Under the pieces are notes generated by a model. The model had not been told where the DNA came from and searched no databases. It saw nothing but the letters and a program-made list of their open reading frames with translations. 64,000 nt of DNA from Octopus vulgaris. Taxonomy: Eukaryota. Shown here one piece after another: positions 52,190 to 64,000 of this stretch (its first letter is position 1; the number at the start of each line of letters is the position of its first letter). The stretch lies in the NCBI GenBank assembly GCA_951406725.2, contig OX597817.1:164362001-164426000 (forward strand). The letters run 5' to 3'. Position numbers and translations under genes: made by a program.

Positions 52190-52688
52190 GATTTATTCTA
52201 CTGGCATGTCCACAGCCTTGGGGCTGAAACATAAAAAGAATATCAAATAATGATTTCTTAGGAGACCTGTTGCTGCTGTATGTGATAATCTATTTCCTAG
52301 CTTTGGTAGGTTTTTCATAAGCCCCAGGACTCCTAATTCAAGCTTAGTAATGACAATGTTATTTAACGAAATTTTTCATTATTTCAAAATTAATTGAAAC
52401 AAGGATAGCACATTTCAGTAGAAGTATGGTAGCATAAAGTCAGTCACACTGGATATTGTTGTAAGGCATTATATCTGAAACGATTTTTCATCAAGAGTAG
52501 AGTCCACAGTGATCCGTAGGTAGGAGAGGTGCAGCCAGAGGATAAATGTCTGAAAGAGAATCCATAAAGGGTAGATAGTCCAGTGGAGAAGTTCGTGTGT
52601 GGTAAGAAATGACAGGATCAACTGGTGCGACCACGTGAGCATGTGATATATAGGGAGAGTTTTTTCTCTCCTTGTTTTTTCTGTGTCC

Positions 52689-52724
52689 CTTTCTGTAGAA
52701 GAGCGTAGGCTCGAAACGTAAAAG
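52689..52724 (+). ncRNA. Minimal hammerhead motif with A6U variant core
   Basis: CTTT-CTGTAGA-A-GAGC-GTAG-GCTC-GAAA-C-GTA-AAAG in a Penelope-type terminal fragment. Confidence 0.55.
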
Positions 52725-54802
52725 ACTTTTTCTATTCCTGAGCGTTATACTGATACATCTGTTTGTTTTGTACATATCTGAAAAGATGATGGATAGTCAC
52801 AACTGCATAATGAGGGATGGCCTGGACCTAAAAACAGCTACAAGCGTTTAAGAGACTGGGGTACCTGATATTCTGGATTGGTAAACCTGACCTCTAACTT
52901 GTATCTTAGTTAAGCCCTTTACTCCCGATGGAGCATAGGGCATTGATTTCATTGTTCTTAATTCTGGACAGATTTTTTCTTCTCCCAGATTTTCTTGGTT
53001 TTGAATTGTCATCAAGTCTTCTGTAACTTTGCTTCTCCATACAGCCATGCCTGTACCTAAATGTTTGTATGTATATGTGTCTGTGTTTGTGCCCAAGTAG
53101 GAAGAGGTGATCCATATTAATCTAGCTTCTATCCTTTGACCTGTCCAGCATGGGTTGTGGGGGACCCTACCTGGAGCTTGCACTCTGCTGGCATAGCTTC
53201 CTGGGTCATTGAGGCACACAAGCCACCATATCACAAGGACTGGACCTGGTGCTCCATAATATTACTTCTAGATTATATCTTTCACTCATGTTTTCTAACT
53301 CTTATTGCTTGTGTTACACTTATCACTGCCACCACCATCATTTGTCCCCATCAACTGCAGCTATAGATTGCCTCTTTGACTTGTGTCACCACCTCTGCCA
53401 CCTTCCTTCAGATAATGTCATCTTTCCAACCAAATCATTCCTAGAAATCATATGACAAATATTTTTTATTGCTATTATATTTTCAGTTTCTTTTTTCTTT
53501 GTCTACTAATTGCTTGGCAAGCTGGCAAAATTGTTAGCACACTGGGGGAAATGCTTAGTATATTTCATCTGTTCTTACGTTCTGAGTGAAAATTTTGCTG
53601 AGATCAATTTTGCTTTTCATGGTCAATAAAATAAGTACCAGCTGAGCACTGGAGTCAATGTAATTAGTTTAACTACTGCATATGAAAACTGCATCCCTCT
53701 GCCAAGCCATATTGAGCCAGTGTGGCAAAGTAGGCTCATCAAACCTGTATGATCTCAAGCTCAAAAACATGGCTTCTATATCAGACCGTGGTTGAGTGGA
53801 GAGAATATATTGAAGCCTTTATCCTGCAGTGGGCTGAATATAGGCAATCCAATCCAAACACTTGGATTATCTGTTTGATAGTAGTTTTTCAACTCTATAT
53901 TACACATGCAAGAATCTACTGCCAGCATTATTGCTTTAACATCCACTTTTCCGTACTTGTATGGGCCAGACAGAAGTTGTTGAGGCAAATTTTGAGGCAA
54001 ATTTTCTGCATACCCCACTTGTCACTTACCCTCACTTATTGCCAATCATGATTTCCCCATGGCTGGACAGGTTTTCATTGAAGATTGGAAAGGACACTGC
54101 TTTTATGACAGTGATGCACTGGTATGGTCATATGATGCATAAAGAAGTGCCAATCTCTAATTGTGAAGAGAACCTGTGGAAGAGGTAGACCCAGGGAGAC
54201 GTGGGACAAGGGGGTGAAATATGATCTGCTGTTGTTGAGTTTCGTGGAGGCAATTACAAGTGACTGAGACTTCTGCCGATTTGCTGTGCTTGAGGAGACC
54301 TGTCAAAATAAATGAAATTTTGGTTGTGGCCAGTGTCAGTGACAGATAAAAGGCACCCACGGTGATGACTTGTAACAGACATCCAATACACGTTATACCA
54401 TGGTTGGATTTAGGAAGGACATCCAGCTGTGTAAACATGTAAACAAAGCCAAAACAGATGACTGCAGCCTGGTGCTGCACTCTGGCTTACCAGCACATCA
54501 TTGTCATCATCGTTTAGCATCTACTTTCCTTGCCGGCATAAGTTTATATAAATAATCATAATAATAATAATAATAATATATGCTTTTCCTCTTTATTTAT
54601 TCTTCATTGTGATGAAGCTCTATGTTTCAGATCGGTTTTATTACCAAATATGATATTTTTGCATATCAGTAGCAATACCAGACAACATTGGAAGCAGAAA
54701 CAGCTGTTAGATGGGATGCAGTCTATTTGCATTGGATTAATAAATAATAATTGATGTTTGTCAATTGTTGTTCATCAATATTTCTCCAATTTCTGTTTTC
54801 TT

Positions 54803-54805
<3 letters not shown>

Positions 54806-54841
<36 letters not shown>

Positions 54842-55209
54842 CGGCAGTTTGTCTGTGTGTGTTTCTGTGTGTCTGTTTGGTTGTACCCTCACCCTGACCA
54901 CGGCTTTCAACCGATTCTGATGAAACTTGACACACACATAGCCCAATGTCATAATTAAAAACTAACGCAGCGAAAATTTTGAAAAGTTCCCCCAATTCTG
55001 AAAAAAATCGATAAATTCGACATGGGGTCGAGAATCAGAAACACAAACCACTGACTGTCTAGGGGACGCAACTCGACCTTTTTTAACTCTCAAAAAAATT
55101 TACCATCATTTTTTTCCCATTTTTTTGCTATTTTTTGGCTATAACTCTCTAAAAATGCTTTATAGTTATTTCCCTTACAAACCAGAGCAACGCCGGGCGA
55201 TACTGCTAG
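54806..55209 (+). mobile_element. Non-autonomous Helitron
   Basis: The 3' end is nearly identical to 6360-6471 (…GCAACGCCGGGCGATACTGCTAG|T), with a different 5' part. Confidence 0.8.
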
Positions 55210-55372
55210 TATATATATATAGATAGGATAATAAAACGAATGGTTCACACCTGGTAACTTACTGATAAAGCATGGTCATTTTCATGGTGATTGTTATATA
55301 TATGGCAAATGAAACAATTGTCGTGATTAATAATAAATTCTCATATATTCCATCTTTTGTCTTTCATTTGCA

Positions 55373-55405
<33 letters not shown>

Positions 55406-55663
55406 ATAACCTTCGAGCGAGGTCGTTGCCAGTGCTGCTGGACTGACTCCTGTGCAAGTAGCACGTAAAAAACACCATTTTTGAGCATGGCTGTTGCCAG
55501 TACCGCCAGACTGGCCCTCATGCCGGTGGCACTTTAAAAGCACCCACTACACTCTCAGAGTGGTTGGCATTGGAGCCTGGTGCAGCCATCTGGTTTGCTA
55601 GTCCTCAGTCAAATCGTCCAACCCATGCTAGCATGGAAAGCGAACGTTAAACGATGATAATGA

Positions 55664-55709
<46 letters not shown>

Positions 55710-55916
55710 TTGCTTGCAAAGACCTGTTGAAGCAAATGAAGTCAAAATCAAATTCACTGACATAGCCAATGATAGCACCGCCTGACTGGCACCCATGCCA
55801 GTGGAATGTTAAAAGCCAGTGCCGCTGGACTGGCTCCTGTGCAGGTGGCACATAAAAATCAAACTGTCCAACCCATGCCAGCATGGAAAGCGGACGTTAA
55901 ACGACACCGATGATGA

Positions 55917-55978
<62 letters not shown>

Positions 55979-57207
55979 CATAGGCTTCTTTCAGTTCTGT
56001 CTACCAAATCCTTTCGCAAGACTGTGGTTGGCCTGGAGTTAGCGTAAAAGATATCTGTCCCAAGATGCCTCACTGCAGGACTAGAACTTGAGACCACATG
56101 GTTGGCAAGCAAACTTCATAACCACACAACCATGCCTGCATCTATGTTTTTCTAACAAATACTTTTCACCCTTTTCTACTTTCACTTTTAAACTTACTTA
56201 TTAACTGATAATTCTTTCTGCCATGTGCACAAAGCCTGAAATTTTATGGGAGGTGACTCATTGACAACATCAGCACCAGTACTTGACTGGTACTTATTTT
56301 GAACTTTTACAGGCTGTTTTGTGTATTAAAAAAAAAAAGATTGAAGAAGGACGAAAGGCAAAGTCAGCCTCAGCAGAATTTGATCTCGGAACAAAAAGAC
56401 AGATGAAATGTCCCAAAGCATTTTGTCTTGTGTGGTAACAATTCTGCCAGCCCACCACCTCTTTTTATTAACTAATAATCCCTTCTGCTATAGGCACAAG
56501 ACCTGAAATCTGGGGGTGCGGGGATAGTCAGTTACTCAACTGGTGCTTACTTTATTGACCCCGAACTCAGAACATGAAGACAGATGAAATGCCACTAAGC
56601 ATCTTGCCTTGTGTACGAATGATTCTGCCAGCTCACCACCTCATTTAATTAATTAATAATAAGAACTATTTTCACTAATCCTTTCTACAATAGACATAAT
56701 GCCTGAAATTTGGGGGGAAGGGGCAAGTCAATTACATCGACCCCACACCCCAGTACTCATCTAGTACTTAATTTATCAACCCCAAAAGTACGAAAGGCAT
56801 AGTTGACCTCAGCGGAATTTGAACTCAGAAAGTAGTGGTAGACGAAATACCGCTAAGCATTTCGCCCGGCATGCTAACGATTCTGCCAGCTCAACACCTT
56901 CTATTTTCACTAATCATTCCACATACATCACCAGAATGTTAGGTAACTCCTTCTTCAATCTTTTTCTTTTTTTTTTTTATACACAAAACAGCCAGTAAAA
57001 GTTCAAATTGAACTACTTTGTTTGTTTTGGAGGAGCCAACTGTGGTCACAGGTACTCTACTTCCCCCACCTCCTCTTCAGATTATATAATTTAAAAATAA
57101 GTTTCTTCTCCACCTCTGCTATCACCTTTGCTCGTATACTCTCTTTTCATTTGGTGACTAAAGCACCAATCACATTGTTCTCTCAATGATACACATGAAG
57201 CAGTAGG

Positions 57208-57238
<31 letters not shown>

Positions 57239-57671
57239 ACAGACCTGTCGTTCTGCTTATTGTGTATGTGTGTCTGTGTTTTATATCAATAGAGAAAGCT
57301 GAGGTGTTGTCATGAACATCAGTTGTTTGTACTACACTGACCTGAGTAAGCCTCATTAACTCAGTATTTGTTCCTCGCACACATTTCGTACACCTTCAAC
57401 TTCCATGTGTGATGCCGACTTTAAAACATGGACCTGGATATACCCCTTTTCTCAGAAGGAGATCTTATCCCTCAGAAAGATCTAACCACACTACTAAAAC
57501 TACTACTGCTACAGGTAATTATCATAATAATAACAATGACATTTTTCTTACATGAACATAAAAAAAAAAACTGATTTTTTTTTTTTAAAGGTTTGGATGG
57601 GGGAATTTGTGGTGATCATGCCTTGCTGCTTGACATTAATGAAAGCAGTTCCAGTTCAGTTAGTGAGTGAA

Positions 57672-57719
57672 ACTGGTTGGTGCACTGACTGAGAATTTAG
57701 CACCAAATCTAATCAGTTG
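57672..57719 (+). ncRNA. Candidate Mir-29-family pre-miRNA (3p TAGCACCAAATCTAATCAGTTG, 57698-57719)
   Basis: Mir-29 seed AGCACCA and the 3' AATCAGTT are conserved. The 5' arm ACTGGTTGGTGC pairs with it, and CNNC (CCAC) lies at +17 (57736). The duplex has a large central bulge. Confidence 0.5.
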
Positions 57720-57773
57720 CCTCTGAATTATGGATCCACTCAAACAAATCAATTTTCTAAGTGCAGCAACATA

Positions 57774-57804
<31 letters not shown>

Positions 57805-58191
57805 TATTTTTACTAAGCACAAAGGCAATAGTAATATTACTACCTGTATTAATTATATGTAATACTTGTGTCAATTATATGATTTATTATCTTCTTCAAT
57901 TACTTAATATTTTTTTTGTTTTATCTCGTCAGAAATACCATAGTATTTGACAGTTCAGCTACTGTGATCTTGTCTACAATCATATGATTTTGATTTTTAT
58001 CTTTTATTTATATTTTTGCATTCCACTTCTTTCCAGATAAATGCTTTTCTGTATGTATATATATATATATATATATTACTTTACTAAAACTACTACTGAT
58101 GTAACTCTTGTTGTTATGTGTAACTCCAAATCAACCCTAGTCAAGCAGACTTGTAGATATGAGTTATATACCTGTTGTTCCAGATATACCT

Positions 58192-58248
58192 TGCTCAGGG
58201 CCATGCTGCATGCATGAGTGGTGTGAATGCATTGTGGCTGTCTGAGTA
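58192..58248 (+). ncRNA. Pre-miRNA-like hairpin
   Basis: TGCTCAGGGCCATGCTGCATGCAT / GTGAATGCATTGTGGCTGTCTGAGTA, ~22 bp including G:U pairs, with a 7-nt loop. Confidence 0.35.
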
Positions 58249-58819
58249 TGCTGTATTCTCTCCATTTTCCAGTGAAATTTTGTACACCCATACATTCTGT
58301 TGGTGAACATAGTGATGGGGCAGGTGGTCTCAATTAAAGCCTGATAGTTGCTGTTGTTCTGAACTTACTATTGGTGGTGCACATCCCAATATAGTGTTTG
58401 GGCCTTCTGAAATTATTGATGGTATGACTTGACTTTTCCTGGATGTATATATATATGTATTTATGTATACTTCCCAACCACAGGGTTTCAGGTTCTCTCC
58501 AGCTGTGTGGCACGTTAGGCAAGTGGATTTGGTAGATGGAAAAATGAAAGAAATCCATCACGCATGCATGTGTGTTGCCTCCATGCCCTGATATTGCATG
58601 GCAGTCGTAAGTGACTATCTTAGTCATGCAAGTGCTGTCCTTTGATTCCATTCATCCATGAAAACATGTCTAGTCATGGAGAAATATTACCTTACTCGGA
58701 AACAAGTGAAGATTGGTGACAAGAAGCAGATTTAGCCATAGAAAATCAATCTCAACAAATTTTGCTCAAACCCATGCAAGCATAGAAAATTGGATATTAA
58801 AATAATGATGTTGATGATG

Positions 58820-59340
58820 TCTGGGTTGAGTGGGAAGTGTTAGTGTTTTTAGGATGCTGTTCTAATATTTTAGGCTTCGTATATGTATATGGGGGGGGGG
58901 TGTATGGAAAGGATTTTTCACATGGTGGCATGAACTTTGGGAATTGTGCTAGCAAATCGTGCTCCTTTTATGTTTAAGTGGTCTTCTATTTTTAGTATCT
59001 TTGTTCCAATGTTTAGGCGACCTATGCCAATGTTAAGTGTGCTGTTTTGCGTCCTTTGTAGTTTATCATGTTTGTTAGTGAGAAATTTCTTTGTCATGGA
59101 AAGAATGGAAGCCCAGGCTGGGCTAACATAATTCATAATAGTTCTAGTATATTGTACTTACAATAACATGGTTGTTTCTTTGTTAGTTGTGATTGCTAAA
59201 AACTTGTCATTTTGCATGTTTTATTTTAATCGTTTGTGTGTGCTATGAATGTTGTGAAGGCATTCTATATTCTACCAATGTTTCTGTGTGTATATGTATA
59301 TATATATTTATGTCGTTGAGTATGGTGATTGTATTTGATG
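58820..59340 (-). mobile_element. Jockey/I-type LINE C-terminal relic
   Basis: NYVSPAWASILS...DKLQRTQNSTLNIGIG resembles 'YASP.W...L..LQ..QN.ALR.I.G'. Confidence 0.55.
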
Positions 59341-59356
59341 CTATTATAGTAGCTAA

Positions 59357-59752
59357 TCTCTCTCTATATAAAGCTGAAGTTGTCTGTGTGTGGCAGATTT
59401 GGTAGCCTTCAACTAACACTATCTCCTCCGAGATCCTGCGGCGCAAGTTGACCAAAATTTAGAGTATGATAGAAGAAGGCTTGCTCTTCATTCCGTAGAA
59501 GAAAAAATTCAAATCGGACCATGTTAAGACCAAAAATTATTTACATCAAAAAGGTGCTTTTTTTCTATGAAAATCCCTATTTTTTACGATTTTTTTTACT
59601 GTTGTGTCGCCATTTTTCGGTGTATTTCAACTAGAAAAATGTTCACTTAAAGAGAATAACAAGCTACATAATAATGCAAAATTTTTACTTTTCAAAAATT
59701 CCAATTCTAAAGGGTCGAAACAAACCCAAGCAACACCAGGCAATACTGCTAG
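59357..59752 (+). mobile_element. Non-autonomous Helitron
   Basis: A|TC...TATATAAAGCTGAAGTTGTCTGTG start and AAACCCAAGCAACACCAGGCAATACTGCTAG|T end. Confidence 0.8.
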
Positions 59753-62346
59753 TATAACATATTTTTTACTTTTATTTTCATTTATATTTTGGGGCGTGGC
59801 TACGTGGTTTACAAGTTTGCTTCCCATCCACATGGTTTCGGGTTTAGTTCCATGTCGTGATACCTTGGGCAAACGTCTTCTACTGTAACCCCTATAACCT
59901 CAGGCCAACCCAAGCCTTGTGAGTGGATTTGGTAGACAGGAGGTGAAACGAGCCTTTTGGTGTGTGTGTGTGTGTTTGCTTCTTTCTTCCACCTTGTCTT
60001 GACCTCATGTAATAGTTGTACATAAGTGTCACTATCATACAAGCAGGGTTATTCATTTCCAATATTCTGTGAGAACATGTCTGGTGATGGGGAAATATTA
60101 CCTTGCTTGGAAATGGGTGGCAACAGGAAGAGATCTGCCTCAGTAAACTCCTTCTGACTCATACAAGCATTTGAAAGTAGATATTAAAATGATGATGATG
60201 ATCTGCTGAAAATCTAATTTTTACCTAACTCATTAACCCTTTCGTTACTGTATTTCTTTTGAGATGCTCTGTGTTTCTTTCAATTATTTTAAATATAACA
60301 AAGAATTTAGTAAAATAACTTAATTATCATTAAGCTAGTGCTAAGAACATAAATTGTGGCTAAGGTTTGGTGGAAGATTTTAATTCAGAACTTTTGGAAA
60401 CAAGACATTTGTACGACAGACCCAGAGCCGATTTCAGCCGGGTTGGTAACGAAGGGGTTAAATATGATAGGGAGATGTGTTTGAGGAAATTCTTTTGTTA
60501 CACTACTTTGTTAGGGAGAGCAGATTTGCAGATGTTCTTTTTTGTTGTTTTAAAACTAAATTTCTAGATATAGGCATAGCATTGGCTGTATGGTAAGTAG
60601 CTTGCTTACGAACCTCATGTTTCTGGGTTCAGTCCCTCTGTGTGGCACCTTGGGCAAGTGTCTTATACTATAGCCTCGGACCGACCAAAGCTTTGTGAGT
60701 GGATTTGGTAGACGGAAACTGAAAGAAACCTGTCGTGTATATGTATGTGTGTGTATATGTTTGTGTGTCTGTGTTTGTCCCCCCCAACATCTCTTGACAA
60801 CCGATGGTGGTGTGTTTACGTCCCTGTAACTTAGCGGTTCAGCAAAAGAGACCAATAGAAGTACTAGTCGTGGGGTCGATTTGCTTGACTAAAGGCGGTG
60901 CTCCAGCATGGCCACAGTAAAATGACTGAAACAAGCAAAAGAGTAACAGAGAGTATATACAGCTGGAATGGAGACTTTTAGAAGAGAATACAGGACAGTG
61001 TGTGGTCATTCATGTATGAGGAGGATGTGTATGTTTTGAGAAGGTGTGTGGGAAGGTTGTGTGGGTATAAAAGTTGAACGGATAGATCCTTGTGGTTCTC
61101 TAGAATTACAAGTTCTAGAGTTGTTTTTATACACTGAAAAGGCTTGGTGACCTGACAGGTAATCTATTAACCAGTATTTTTGCATTGTTCTGTAAGGAGG
61201 TGTTGATTATTTTGTGTATAAGTGGGTATAGAAAATAACTGTGATTTCATCCACTTTTTTTTTTTTTTTTTGTTGTTGTTGCTTGTAAGCAATTATTTCT
61301 TATTAACGTGGTTCTTGAGTTTAAATATCTGGATTCCATTGACTTAAGAGACTCAAGTCTCATCAGATTTTTGTAGTGTCATTTATCAGGCTATTTAACC
61401 TCCTATTTCTATCTAAAGTCGATATTTTCTAGGATGCTGGTCAAAGATCTGTTATTGCATGATTAATAGTACACCCTAAGGAGAAACTGAAAACACGGTG
61501 CTATTCTTTCTTGAACTTTTACACAAAATCTGATGTCTGTATCTATAAACTTAAGATTTTTTAATTTTTATTTTGACTACCAGCTGCATGAATTTGCAAA
61601 ATTATAAATAACAGCTGAAAGTTACACTTATCCGGCTGTCAATGTTCTTAGCCTGTCTTCTAGAGCATTGCTTTCTAAAAGAAAAATATAAAGTAACTTG
61701 AAAACAGGAAACTGATTTAACCCTCTCGTTACCAACCCGGCCAAAACCAGCTCTGGCTCAGTAGTATAAATGTCTTGTTTTCATTAGTTTTCCATTAAAA
61801 TTTACCACCAAACCTTAGTCACAATTTATGTTCCTAACACTAGCTTAATGATAACTAAGTTATTTTACTAAATTCATTGTTATATTTAAAACAATTGAAA
61901 GAAATTTTGAGCATCTCAACATAAATACAGTAACAAAAGGGTTAAAGTGACATGAAATAAAGGTTCTCACTGTGTGGCACCTTGGGGAAGTGTCTTCTGC
62001 TATAGTCTTGAGCCTACTAAATCCTTGTGAGTGAATTTGGTAGGTGGAAACTGAAAGAAGCCTATCAGATAAATTTACATGTGTGTTTGTTTGTTTGTGC
62101 ATGTGTGTGCATGCATATCTTTGTGTCTTTGTGTATCCCCCACCACCAACTGACAACCGGCATTGGTATGTTTATGTCCCCATAACTTAATTGTTCAGCA
62201 AAAGTGACCAATAGAATAAATACAAGGCTTAAAAAATAAGTACTGGGGTTGATTCATTCAACTAAAAATTCTTCAGGGTGTTGCCCCAGCATGGCCACAG
62301 TCTAATGATGGAAACAAGTAAAATGATAAAATTGATCATTATCACC

Positions 62347-63660
62347 CTTGTCAGTTTATGTCCACTTGAGAGAACAAACCGGATTTCAACCCAGCAGATC
62401 ATGCTGCAAGCAAATATTCACACTGTGCAACATCGTGGAACAATGCATGGAACACCAAAGACCACTAATAATAAACTTCATTGATTTCAAAAAGGCGTTT
62501 GACTGTGTGCATAAAGAAACTCTCTGGAAGATTGCAAAAGTGTATGGAATACCAGACGATTACATCAGTCTGCTTAGCAGTTTCTACTACAACACAAGCT
62601 GCTACATTTGAACAGAGTATGGATACACGGGTTTTCTTAAGAATGTCACTGGAGTACGACATGGCTGTCTCCTGTCAACATTGTTGTTTCTGATGGTCAT
62701 CGATTTTGCTATGCAAAGATCAATGGTGAGGGTCCAGTTAACAAACTTGGATTTCGCCAACGACATTGCCCTGTTGGCTGAGAATCACCCAACATTACAA
62801 GAAATAATAACAAAAATGGGAAGGGAAACGGCAAAGACTGGGTTGAGAATCAGCAGTTAAAAAATGAAGGTAATGCAAGTTGGGAAACAAGTAGAAAGTG
62901 TACGAATGAAAGTTGGACAAGAACCAGTTGAAGAAGTTACAAGCTTCACATATCTGGGAAGCATAGTGACAAGCAACGGCGATGCAAAAACAGAGGTAAG
63001 CTGCAGAATTGGCAAGGCATCGGCAGTATCTAGAAGACTGACAACACTTTGGTGTAGCAGTAACATAAGTACAGAGCTGAAGGTTCCCTCTCTCTTGGAG
63101 AGGCACAAGCACTTACACACACACATGTACGCACACAGCAGTAACTCCTGCCTACCAAATTCAATTACAAGGCTTCGGTCGGCCCGGGACTATAGCAGAA
63201 GATGCCTGTACAAAACAGCAAAACTGCCAATAACAATCTGTGCAACTGAAACCTGGAGGATAACAGCAAAAATTGCCCACCAACTTGACATACTTCATCA
63301 GTGGTACCTTAGAAAAATCCTAAGAATCACTTAGAGATACAGCATAACAAATGATGCCATTCTCTAAACAGCAAGAGTAAGGCACTTGCATGCAATTGTA
63401 ACTAAACAATGAATGAGAATGGCATGGCTGGACACATACTAAGACTGCCAGAAGAGAGGCCTGTCAAAACAGCCATGGGCTAGATGCTGCTGGAAGGTAA
63501 GAGAAAAATAGGTCAGCCAAGGAAAACATGTAGTACCTTCTATTGAAGACCTACACAGACTGAACATCACCTGGGAAGAAGCATACTTGTTGGCCAGAGA
63601 CAGATAATTGGCGATCACTGACTGCACAATATGCCGCTCAAAGGCACTAATGGACCTAAG
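62347..63660 (+). mobile_element. 5'-truncated, frameshifted RTE-clade LINE reverse transcriptase
   Basis: QTGFQPSRSC..QIFTL..IVEQCMEHQRPLIINFIDFKKAFDCVHKETLW, LDFANDIALL (YADD-like) and VTSFTYLGS...RIGKAS. A SINE-like piece is inserted at ~63085-63205. Confidence 0.92.
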
Positions 63661-64000
63661 AGAAAGATATAATATACACACACATATGCACACAATGGGC
63701 TTCATTCAGTTTCTGTCTACCAGATCTATTCACAAGGCTTTGGTTGGCCTGGGGTTATAGTAGAAGGTATTTGCCAAGGTACTATACAGTGGGCCTGAAT
63801 CCAAGATCACACAAATGGAAAGCATGTTCCTTAATTGGACAACTATACCTGCACAATCATCATCATCGTTTAATGTCCACTTTCCATACTAGCATGGGTT
63901 GGACCATTTGACTGAGGACTGGTGAACCAGATGGCTGCACTAGGCTCCAATCTAATCTGGCAGAGTTTCTACAGCTGGATGTCCTTCCTAACGCCAACCA

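Larger units (their letters stand above)
9130..58050 (+). ncRNA. Putative long multi-exon non-coding transcript (possible small-RNA host)
   Basis: Chain of polypyrimidine-AG...GT(A/G)AGT or GTATGT bounded segments: ..9252, 9421-9491, 9736-9757, 17710-17759, 18120-18294, 21929-22037, 23206-23322, 38779-38849, 44152-44195, 57591-57662, 58037-58050. Several have stops in all frames. Membership in a single transcript is not established. Confidence 0.35.

Noticed and set aside
62864-63334. 156-aa ORF as a domesticated RT with a novel insert
   Set aside because: It is a fragment of a frameshifted RTE, and the inserted SINE-like piece is in frame apparently by chance.

Overview
AT-rich animal genomic DNA, most likely an octopod cephalopod. 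This is inferred from the dense tRNA-derived SINE families, (CA)n/(TA)n microsatellites and RTE/Penelope relics. I recognise no intact protein-coding gene: the ORF track is almost entirely microsatellite, SINE or decayed transposon sequence. The window holds decayed LINE reverse transcriptases (CR1/Jockey-like, RTE), Penelope-type pieces, a Gypsy pol relic, hAT and mariner relics, Helitrons, TTAA and GGGATC MITEs, and two head-to-tail SINE multimer arrays. Between the repeats, a CpG-richer region near 8.5-10.7 kb is followed by a chain of short AG...GT-bounded + strand segments, mostly without an ORF. These suggest a long multi-exon non-coding transcript. The most interesting signals are four. 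(1) A Mir-29-like hairpin overlaps a 5' splice site; its minus strand reads as a TDMD-like miR-29 site. (2) Further pre-miRNA-like intronic hairpins occur along the same transcript. (3) There are several minimal Penelope-type hammerhead ribozyme motifs, including a natural G3:C8 core swap and one carried by a tRNA-headed SINE-like element. (4) Two headless SINE multimers are each bounded by a single target-site duplication. All folds and alignments were done by eye and no searches were run.
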